A stretch of DNA of 64,000 nucleotides. Origin: Octopus vulgaris. Its lineage: Eukaryota. Below, piece by piece: positions 53,795 to 64,000 of the stretch (within the stretch, counting starts at the first letter, position 1; every line of letters starts with the position of its first letter). The position numbers and the translations under genes are program-made. The stretch covers positions 3,100,001 through 3,164,000 of the forward strand of contig OX597819.1 in the NCBI GenBank assembly GCA_951406725.2, in the 5' to 3' direction. The notes beneath the pieces are model-generated. The model saw nothing but the letters and a program-made list of their open reading frames with translations. It made no database searches and was not told the DNA's origin.

Positions 53795-56700
53795 TTAAAC
53801 CTTTTGATTGTCAATGAAGGTTTAAGAATTCTAGATTAATTTTATGAAATATATGTAAATAAAAATATGATAGAAAATATATGGATCAAAATATAGTGTG
53901 AATAAAAATAGAAATGATATTAGTTCAAAATTGAAGCTAATGGTAAATGAAATATTTCTGTAGATTTCTTTTAAATATATTTTTTTAGTGCATACATTAG
54001 TGTATATAGTTTCAGATTTATTTTTAACAGCCTTATAGCATTTCAAAGTTATATTATTAAGTAAAAAAAAAAAGATAAAATACACAAATAACAAAAAAGA
54101 AAAAATACCATTTGCAGGAAATCTTAAATTAAAAGATACAAATGAGGTGTCACTAAAATGCTAGAACATAATTTTGAGCAGAGATCAGAGAGCATTGGAT
54201 CTTTTGATGTGCAAGCAGATAAATTTATTATACGGTAGAAAATGTTAAAAAAATATCAAATACCATTTTTATGAGTTTTGCTTCTAACTATTATTTTCAA
54301 GTTAAGATAGTAAAAAATAAAAATAACACACAAAAGATTCAAGTTGCATTATTTAATAGAATCAGCTGAAGAAATATGGCAAAGAGTGAGAAGAAAACTG
54401 TCAGATATTGAAAACAAGAAGAGGTCCATGCATTAAGAAAATATAGTTAACAAAATGCAGTATACACCCAACCAATGTTTAAAAAGTTTTGAAGAGGCCA
54501 TAGAAGTAAAAGAACAATTATAGAATCCTTCACACAATATAGAAATAATTGATAATGAATTAAAAAAGAAACATAAATTGCATCCAAGAAGAACATGCTT
54601 TATAAATATAAAACACGTACAACTGCCATAACTGAATCTCCTCAATAGGCCTGTGTGATTAAGAAAGTGGATGGTAAATATAATATGTATTGCAGAGATG
54701 TGATAAACATACATAAATACACACCTACATCTAATCATTTAATAAGGTGTTACAAGGAAAAAAAAAACCCAGTTTTCTCCCACATAGTTTTCTTTGAAAA
54801 AATTAAAATAAAAAAATGATTCTATAGTTTTCAGTAGATAAAATAAAGTGACATCATGATTTATATAGTTTGTTAAAGTTTTATTGAAGAATAAATGAAA
54901 AGTTGTGAAGGATATTACTAACATAATTCATGCATTTCATATTCATTATAGGCTGCCCTAGGAACAATGAATCTAATTGAAGATTCTAATGAAACAATAT
55001 CTAGATTGATTTTAGCTATTGCTCTTTTTCAATAAAAATCTGTTTGAGAAGAAATGTCATACGAAAATGTTTTGTGACTGGTAATATAATAACATATGCT
55101 ACTTGATTTTTCATAACTAATAGATATAATTAGTCTTCATAATCTTAATAATATTAATTTCTTTCCACCAGAAATGAAGCTAATTTTGCATTTGTGGATT
55201 ATCAATTGAATGCATTAAACTAAAATGTGAAACTGACCCCCTCCAGAGAAGACAAAAGTAAACAACATAAATATTCAGGAAATATGAACTAAAACATGAG
55301 AATTTGGAACAATGATTTTTTTTTATGGATATCTTTCCTAATGCAAAGCCTTCCCATAAAACACCTGCCAAGTAGAACCTACTTTATTATAGCATAAAAA
55401 ATTATACAGTGAAGAACTTTAAATCAAGGATACCAGAATAAAAAGTGACAATAAGACATTCCATGTAACTCTTATGCAATAGTTTATCCATTAATTGTTC
55501 TTTTAGGATACACACACACACACACATCACAAAGAGCTTTAAGTGTTGAAGAGATTATTAAATGAACAGAGTTGTTCAATTAAACAAACTTGACAAATAA
55601 ACATGACAGAACTGAGGAGCAAGTCTGCTATGCATGTATATATATATATATATATATAAATGACTTTAAAATTTAAACTTCAACACTATTCATGCATACT
55701 GAAAGCTTTTGAGACTACATCTGAAACTAGTTGGAAAGTTGTGTATTAATCCATTAAGATATTTATATTAAAAAATATATTCTGTTGCAATCTTTACTCA
55801 ATTGGCACTGATCAGAGGGAAGAAAATGTGAACAAATTATAACTTCAGAATTTAAAATGCATAGCTAACAGCTACTAGGAGATCTAGGACTATCTATGAC
55901 AACAAAAAGAAATGAAAAGTTGTTTTACATCCTGTCCAACTAGACAGCACTTAAACTGGCAGTTTAGGAGCTGTGCATTAAAAATAAATGTTTCTTAGCT
56001 GTCATTCTACTAAAAATAGAACAAAATATAACCTAAATTTATTAATGACAATTTGATCGTATAAAGACATTTCTTTCTTAAATTTCTGAAGATGATTTTG
56101 AGGAAACTATTTGATATTAGAGGGTAAAAAACAATGATGACATATTAATAATAAATAGTAAACCATGTCTGATTATTTTGTCAACGAGTGGCTACCTGGA
56201 CATTTCAAAACAGAAATGCAGTAGCATGCAAAGAAAAAGTCCAGTGATATGAATCTATATGTTACTTTTAATTATCAATTAAGAAAAGAAGTAGCTCTCA
56301 GTCAAATTGTTAGATTTCATAATTTACAATGGTTTATGATGTAAAATTGTAAATTTGAACCTAAATATATTAGCTGATCTCTATACAGTCAAATTTAATC
56401 TTTGGTAACAGTTGATAGAAAAGGAGCTAGAAATCACCTGAAGTTTGGTGGAGATTTAGCAAAAGGTAAGCCAATATATACAAAAAAAAGAAGAAAAAAT
56501 CACAACTTAATTTGATAACAAAAGACTTCTTCAAAATAAATAGAAAAATAATATTCAGTTTTGAGAAAATAAAATAATATTCTAGCAACTATTGTTTTGT
56601 TAGAATTATCTTTCACAAGCTAAAACTGGCTTTCTTCCATTATTATTACCATTTGAATCATTTTTAAAAATTCTCTTCTAGATAGTATCAGATTTAATTT

Positions 56701-57967
56701 CATTAAAAGTTTTACGAAAATTGGAAGAAAATCCATTTGAGGCTGACTGCAAACTTTCCATTCTTGATTACAAATGGAAGACAGTGTTTCCTTTCAAGTA
56801 GAAAAATAAAAATTTGCTCAAAAAAGATTAAGAGATAGTATTAAAAATGAGTTGAAAGCGAGGGAAATAATTTAAGATCTTTTTCTTATATATATATATA
56901 TATATATCCTATGGTTTATATAAGCTATATTTAAAATATTTATTTTAACTATTATCTTGTGAAATTAAAAAAATGCAATATAATGTTATAATAATTTATA
57001 TTAAAATAAGAACTCAGAAACTGAATTGTAATTATACTATAAAATAGTTAGAATAACAAATATTAAAAAACAGAAAAAAAGACCTTTACAAGAAACTGGA
57101 TAAGAGCCACATTTCAGACAATATTTCTAATTCTAAATGGCTAAGAAATTATTTCAGCAAGAGTAAAGATTTAATGTATATTAATTTAAAAATATAAATG
57201 GAAATTATTTATTTTCATGATTCACTTTATTTTTGTACAAAAATACAACTGTATAAAAAAAAAAAAAATGCACTTTAGACTAAAATAAAACTGATTTTAG
57301 GCAGCCTAGAATAAGACAACACTGATCTTTTGAATATTCTAAAATAAAATCACTATTTCTGAACTTAAGTAAAATAGAATAATATTATATAAAGAAATGT
57401 ATTTAAAAGTCAAATAGAATTTTAGTTTAAATAGTTGAAATAGACTTATATATGCACTTATGTATAAATTTATGTAGAGGGAAGATTAGAGAGAATGTGA
57501 ATGACTGACAGACAGACAGACAGACAAATAGATATCCACAAATATGAAGAAAGTAAAAAAAAACAACTTTGGCTACTATGATTGGAAAAAAATTACTTAA
57601 GTTTCCATTAATTTTAGAATTTATTTGTATTTATAAATACCTGTATGTAAATTTATTTTAAATTGCTAATACTGAAAGAATGTTTACATACAGTACAGTA
57701 GTTTAGTTACACAGACATGACAGAAGTAAATAGACACCTTTATATTCATTAAAATATATTTAAATCTGAAATTATACATTCAGTTTACATAGGAAAATTA
57801 GATGGTTTGAAAGATGAGCTAGTTTCTGTTGGAGTTTGTATGTCTCCATTGAAGTCTAATGTCAGTTCTGTACCAATTAGATAAAATACAGCTCTATATT
57901 TGAGAGATGAGGAATTATGTACATTATTTAGATTTGACAGATATTTGTCCTCATCTTGTTTGTTGTT

Positions 57968-58013
57968 AATACAACGTTTCGGCTGATATATCTTCCAGCC
58001 TTCATCAGGTGTC
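57968..58013 (-). ncRNA. Minimal hammerhead ribozyme motif
   Basis: Minus strand: GACAC-CTGATGA-A-GGCTG(loop)CAGCC-GAAA-CG-TT-GTATT. The palindrome AACGTT replaces stem III. Confidence 0.65.
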
Positions 58014-58062
58014 CCGGGAAAATTTCAAACCTGGGTTCTCATTCCTAAGGTATTTTTTGATG

Positions 58063-58096
<34 letters not shown>

Positions 58097-58131
58097 CATC
58101 ATTATTCTTAACCACTACGCCATATGACTGT

Positions 58132-58205
58132 GGATATATGGCATAGTGGTTAAGAGCACGGGCTGCTAACCCCAAGATTCTGAGTTCGATTCCAGGCAGT
58201 GACCT
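58132..58205 (+). promoter_or_regulatory. tRNA-like Pol III internal promoter (SINE-type head, GCT at anticodon position)
   Basis: A box TGGCATAGTGG at 58139-58149 and B box GTTCGATTCC at 58184-58193. The acceptor stem is poor, so it is not called as a tRNA gene. Confidence 0.75.
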
Positions 58206-59951
58206 CAATAATTATAATAATAATAATAACAACATTGAAAAATACCTTAGGAATGAGAGAACCCAGGTTCGAAATTTCCCCAGGACACCTGAAGAAGGCT
58301 GGAGGGTATATCAGCCGAAATGTGTTAACAACAATCAAGGTGAGAACAAATATCCATTGAATGTAAATAATGTACATAATTCCTCATCTCTCAAATCTAA
58401 AACTGTATCATCTAATTGATATGGGGCTGACATTAGACTTCAATGGAGACATACAGAGAAACTCCATCAGAAACTAGCTTGTCTTATACGTTCAATTATT
58501 TATTAGTTATTATTATGTGAATATCTAATATTTAGTAGACATGCCCTTTGCATTTTTCAATGCAAGGACTCTATTATGCATGCTACTGTTCAGATGACGA
58601 ATATTCTCTTGTGGAATTTCTTGCTAAGTTTCATGCAGCAATCACAAAAGATCTGGCTTTGAGGATGCTTTCTTGTTCTTTTTATGAAATGTCCTGTCCA
58701 TTATGCCCCAGAGGTGTTCAATAGGGTTCATATCTGGTGACTGGCTTGGCCATAGAAGCTTTTTAATACCATTCTCTTCCAACCAATCTTGGGTCTTTTT
58801 AGCTCAAGGAGCCTCATCTTCCATAGTCTTCTTTAATCATTTCACCACTGGAGAAGATTGGAAGGAGGCCTTTCTGTAATATGGACACATTTATCTGTGT
58901 CTATGTTTCCTTCACACTCCACCAGCTCTGATCAACCATTGCTCTAAATTGCTCCCCAGACTATCACAGAATAGTTGCCATGTTTCACTGTTGGTTGCAA
59001 TCTTTTTATGTCAAATTTTTGATCACAGTCTCCAGATCCACACTTGACCACTGTGGATCTGGACTCATCACAGAATATGACAGTCTCCTGAAATGCTAGT
59101 GGCTTTTCTACGATCTCACAGGCCCAGTCTTTTTCCTGCTTGATATTGGGTGGTTGAAGAAGTGGCTTCCTTCTTGCTGCTCTGCCATAGTAGCCAAGAC
59201 AGTTCTGCAACTGACATCAACTTGTTCTGCTATGTCAGAGGCCTTGCAATGAAGATTGTCCTCCACACTTCTCTTAACAAAGTGAAGGGTCCTGTCAGAA
59301 GACTCTGGTTGACCTGGGCAAGGTGATGTGGACTCCTTCCCCTCAATAGTGAATTGCACAATCACTTTATTAACTATAGAAAGTGGGATTCCAAAGTTTT
59401 CTGTGATTTTGCACTAAGTCCACCTTCAAATTGACCCATAATATGGCCTCTTTGAAATTTGGATAGTTTCAAGGCTTCTTTTGTAAATGGCATAATTAAA
59501 CAGTCACATATAGAACCTGAAACATAAAATGTCAATTAATAAAAGGTGTAAATCGTTTCAAGTTAGAATAAACATAGAGTGATCTTTTATTTACTGTCTA
59601 TTTACTTCTGTTGTGTCTGTGTAGATCTATGGAAATATATGAATAGAATCAATGACTGTGAACAAGAATATCAAATTCACCCAAAGAAAAATGACTCAAT
59701 TCCTAAATATTTGTATGCTTGGATGTAAGTACATATCACACAAACAATTTTTGTTACACACACACACACAAACATTAATTGGATATGATAGATTCATATT
59801 GGCCTTTTATTAAATGAACAAAGGAATAAATAAAATTGTCTAATTACATTTTGATTAGTTCTATTATAACTAATAAAAATGTTACAATATCTGTTATAAT
59901 ACATGCATGATTATCTATCTAAAACCTTACCAAAGATATATAAGAGAGGTA

Positions 59952-59990
<39 letters not shown>

Positions 59991-60007
59991 GTACATAAGG
60001 GTATAAT

Positions 60008-60212
60008 CCTTTCTACTATAGGCACAAGGCCCGAAATTTTAGGGAAGGGGACTAGCTGAATATATCAACCCCATTGTTTCACTAATACTCAATTTATTGA
60101 TCCTGAAAGGATGAAATGCAAAGTTGACCTCAGTGGAATTTGAACTCAGAATGTAAAGACAGACAAAATACCGCTAAGCATTTTGCCTGGCATGCTAATG
60201 ATTCTGCCAGCA
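60008..60212 (-). mobile_element. Family-D SINE
   Basis: Reverse complement of 1988-2196. Confidence 0.8.
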
Positions 60213-61510
60213 AGATTTCAACCAAATGAAAAGTTTTGTAGATTTTATAAAGCAGTCACTCTTCAGTCTTATTAACAGAAATAGTGGCTACCCAATGTCT
60301 AGCTTTTGATAAAAGTTCTTTTGCCATAAAGGACAAAATATACGATCTCACTCATAACTTGTTAAAACTATACCTAACATAAGAGGCTGAGATTTAGATG
60401 GTAATTAACTAAACATTATAACTAAATTTTATTTATAAAATTAATTTCTTAAAATTAAAAAAAAATAATTCTTGAGCACATTTCTGTACAAAATCTAGAA
60501 AAATTTCAAAAGATTAAAGAAACACAATTTTGCTTTTGTTTATGATATAAATATAATGTAACTCATAGAATTCCAAATTTTGCATTTAGTGTAATTGTGG
60601 AGGAAATTCAATTTATACTTAATATCATTAGGTGTATATTACAGCTACATCAATGCTGGACACTTTTAGAGACTTTGAAAGTAAAAGTCATGTTTTGATG
60701 GATCTGAACTCAGCACAGTATGATACCAACAGGATATAATAAAAAAAGAAGTCCTGTTTGCTGCCATTTGCAGCAACTCACTTTCCTTAAACCAGCAAGC
60801 GAACCTGTGTATGCTCACTTGACTTGCTAGAAATAGCAGCCATGATGGTCACAACTAGAATGCCTTCAATCATAGATAGGTTCATTCAGAGTTGACCTGG
60901 AGCAAAAATGATAACAGTTCCTTTGTTGTAGTAATAACTTTTAACAACAGCACAAAATCATAACACTTTGGGTAAGGTAGATAAATTATCATCAATATAT
61001 CACAGGTACAATTTTATCAACTCAATAAGCATGAAAAACAAAGTCAACACCTGTGGGATTTGAGCATGAATGCAACTAGTAACAATAGCAACTGAAAGTT
61101 TTCTCAGATTCATATTCACTTATGAATGGGTAGTTAAAAAATTTTAGAGATTAAATAATTAATTTACAATTTTTTTTTTTGTATTTACACATGTGAAAGC
61201 ATGTGATTTGCTGAGTATATTTATGGAGAGAGCTTCCTGATATTTGTTATGGTTGGAAATAGTTTTCACAAATTTCTATGAGAATCTTTTATTATAAAAA
61301 AAAAAGTAAAACAGGTTTAATATTTAAGTGATAAGTATGGTATTGGGAAGAAGATATTAATAAACATGGTATGGGAAGAAGATATGAAATGCATCTGAAT
61401 TTGAGATATTAAATACAGATGAATTAAGAAAAAGAGAATTGGAAGTTTGACAGTTGAGTTGTAGCAAAAGAATTGTTTTAACAATATTTGCTAAAGTTGA
61501 TTTCATTTAA

Positions 61511-61729
61511 CACATTCGTAATCAGATTACTCAGTTAAATGCAATACTCATTTATTCACATTGTTTTGAATTAATCATACATTATCTTGTAGCTTTAAGA
61601 ATTTAATGATGGATTGCATATTTTGTGGATATCATTGTAGGATAGGAGTGAAAGGCTGGATCTGGATGATTTCAACATAAAACAGGTGGAATATTTGGGT
61701 AGGATGTGGTCGGTTTAAATACTAAAGGG
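61511..61729. mobile_element. Decayed piggyBac-type MITE
   Basis: The right end is CTAAAGGG|TTAA; the left end TTAA|CACATT is degenerate. Confidence 0.5.
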
Positions 61730-61916
61730 TTAAACTTTTTCAAACTATAAAGCTTAAAGTAAAAATTTATACGAAATGTTAAGGATAGAATTTCTTTTAG
61801 ATTTGTACAAGTTCCAATTCTGCCTATAATATGAGTTACTGATTTATCTTACAACATTTCATTATAAAAAAAAAAGTAATTAAATTATTCCTAGATTTTA
61901 ACAATAATGTGCCCAG

Positions 61917-62530
61917 TCATCATCATCATCATCATTTAACGTTTGTTTTCCATGCCGGCATGGGTTGGACGGTTTGACAGGCCAGCTGTAGAGCTGCCCA
62001 AACTCCAGGTCCATTTTGGCATGATTTCTATGGCTGGGTGCTCTTCCTGACATCATCCACTTTATAGAGAGTACCGAGTGCTTTCATACAGCACTGGTAT
62101 GGGTGTGTTTACGTGGCACCAGTACGGGTACTTTTTACATGGTACCAGCACCCACAAGCCTGCAAGATTACGAATGTTCAGCTGGAGGGGGATGCAGGGG
62201 ACAAGCCTCAGTGTTAAAATAAAATATTTAAGTAAGAGAAAAAAAAAACTGATTGAGGCCGGTGTCATATAAATGGCACCCATTAAAGCATAGTTGAGGC
62301 CATTGCCAGTGCCACGTAAATGGCACACGTGAATTGTAGTCATGATCATTGCCACTGTCGTGTAAATGGCACCCATGCCAATGACACACAAAAGCACCCA
62401 TTATGCTACTGGAGTGGTTGGCATTAGGAAGGACATCCAGCTGCAGAAACTATGCCAAATCAGACAGGAACCTGGCTTATCAACTCCAGTCCAGGCCAGC
62501 ATAGAGAGTGGATGTTAAATGATGATGATC
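61917..62530. mobile_element. Two RTE 3'-tail fragments in inverted orientation
   Basis: A (CAT)n-led minus copy at 61917-62160 and a plus copy at ~62260-62530 ending (GAT)n. Confidence 0.75.
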
Positions 62531-62570
62531 ACTTGCAGAAAGAAGCTGTATGAAAACTAAAAATAGTCTT

Positions 62571-63997
62571 CTATAATTCTTCTCTTGATAAGCCTAGTAG
62601 CCGTTTTTGGGCCAATAGAACTTTTTCCCCTTTCAAGGAACGAGATTGCAATTTCTGTGACTCTGGTAATTCAGAGGTTAAATCTTTTTCACTTTTATAA
62701 TGGCGGGATAACATATCCTTCTGTATGAATATGTTATTCTTAAGAAGACCTATACTATCATAAGCATTAGTTTCATTAGGTAGTAATGTTGAAGACTGAT
62801 CAAGGTTACCTGGTGCATTTTCAGAATTTTCTTTCTTTTTGTGGGGCAATGTTTTGTAGTGTCTTGTTCTTTGTGCTGGGTCTGAACCCAGAAATTCATC
62901 CTGCTGATAGCTGGGGTCTGAATTGAGTACAGAGTATTCACTTTGACCCTTTTTAAGAGTTGGATGAAGTAAGTCAGTAGGTTCCTCTAAACTCTTTTGT
63001 TTTTTAGACTTTGATTGAAATTTAGCTAAAAATTTCATTGAAGTGCTTTTCACAAGACCAGGTCCTGAACTCTTGGGTGGTACTTCAGGTTTTTTTTGGT
63101 TTCCTTTTTGTAGAAGTTCAACTGATTTCCATTTTTTCTGTGAAGATTTTTTATTTACATTCCCATCATCCTCAGCGCTTATATTAGCTTTTTCAGAGGA
63201 TTGAGGAGAATCTGGAGTTTTTGAGGGTTTTTTCTTTTTTCTTGGTAAAGAATTACTTTTACTGAAAGTGGGTGGTGTTTCCTCATATGACCATTGTTCA
63301 GTTGGTCTATTTTCATTAGCATTAGCTTTTTGCTTAATATGCTCAGGGGCTTTGATTTCATAATGATCTTTATTTGATGCAAGTGGAATTGTATCTGCTG
63401 AACTTTCCAATTTCTGCATGTTTGGAGATGAAGGCTGAGTGCTTTGAGTTTTTGGAAGTATCAACGAAAAGTCTTTATTTTCATTATCATTGAGAGTGTC
63501 TATCTGATGTGGTTTTCCATGCTTTGATCCATCAAAAGCAATTGCTTCTTGTGATGAGCCATGAAGATATCTGGTGTCAGACTCACTGGAATTAATATCA
63601 GAATTGTTTCTCTCTAATGAAAAAGCAGTATTTTTTGATAGTTCCATGCTAATTTCAGATGTGTGTTGACCAACATTTTCGATATTTGAATTGGCTCCAT
63701 ACTGGATAGTTGACATAGAGTCCAAGGAGGTTGTAGCAAGGTATTGAATATCAGGCTGACTTTCAGGTTTTTCTATTTCAACTGTTTTGGCTTTTGCAGA
63801 AATGACAACCTGAGGATCAGATATGGTTTGAAAAGAACTGTCAGGAAAGTCTTTTGAACTGGTATCACTCTTAGCAGGAAATTCTGTATTATCCGAAAAT
63901 TGCTTAGTTTCATAGTCCTTCCTCTTTCCAGGGCTTCTTGGTATCATTGATTGGATTCTTTCTCCTTCTGTTTCATATTTGGTTTTTATCAATGTAC
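62571..63997 (-). CDS. Large coding exon of an unidentified gene; S/K/E/P/Q-rich, probably disordered; ends in TAG
   Basis: >470 codons are open in non-repetitive AT-rich DNA. There is a possible acceptor CAG| at 64000-63998 (phase 1), although the frame may continue beyond the window. Motifs include KPEVPPK, KSNSLPRKKKK and KSVELL. No recognisable domain. Confidence 0.8.
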
Positions 63998-64000
63998 CTG

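Larger units (their letters stand above)
57811..58485. mobile_element. ~670-bp fold-back element with tRNA-like head and hammerhead motifs in both arms
   Basis: The left arm 57811-58125 mirrors 58135-58485 except for the deleted tRNA body; see findings. Confidence 0.85.
57710..59621 (-). mobile_element. Tc1 transposon (transposase pseudogene 58525-59493) carrying a nested palindromic insertion
   Basis: TA|CACAGACATGACAGAAGTAAATAGACA on the left and the matching rc on the right, also followed by TA. Motifs [34 protein letters not shown] and STKY*. Related to 44553-45817. Confidence 0.88.

Noticed and set aside
56411-56464. Plus-strand 54-nt exon candidate ending AAG|gtaag (similar case near 30395-30448)
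   Set aside because: The acceptor is weak, there is no supporting plus-strand gene, and open frames this short arise often by chance.
58132-58205. tRNA-Ser(GCT) gene
   Set aside because: It has no long variable arm, poor acceptor and anticodon stems and no T-run terminator. Treated as a SINE-type head.

Overview
This is eukaryotic (animal) genomic DNA: very AT-rich and dense in repeats, with no prokaryotic features such as operons, CRISPR arrays or rRNA. The SINE, LINE and MITE families and the large (TA)n-derived tracts resemble a coleoid cephalopod (Octopus-like) genome; that assignment comes from pattern recognition, not a search. Most of the window looks like intron or downstream sequence of a minus-strand gene. 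That gene contributes one large low-complexity coding exon at the right end (62571-63997) and possibly a 27-nt microexon at 50978-51004. The rest is decayed CR1-, RTE- and R4/Dong-type LINE fragments, several tRNA-derived SINE families, Tc1/mariner, piggyBac, hAT and Helitron derivatives, Penelope-like remnants, microsatellites and one 100-N gap. Nearly all ORFs in the track are microsatellite or transposon artefacts. Four observations stand out. (1) A ~670-bp fold-back element nested in a Tc1 joins a tRNA-type Pol III head to a minimal hammerhead ribozyme. (2) Several more minimal hammerhead motifs occur elsewhere in the window. (3) SINEs with one shared head and core carry either a CR1-type or an RTE-type 3' tail, matching LINEs in the same window. 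(4) Long inverted repeats are unusually frequent. All coordinates and identities were read by eye, so the boundaries of decayed repeats are approximate.
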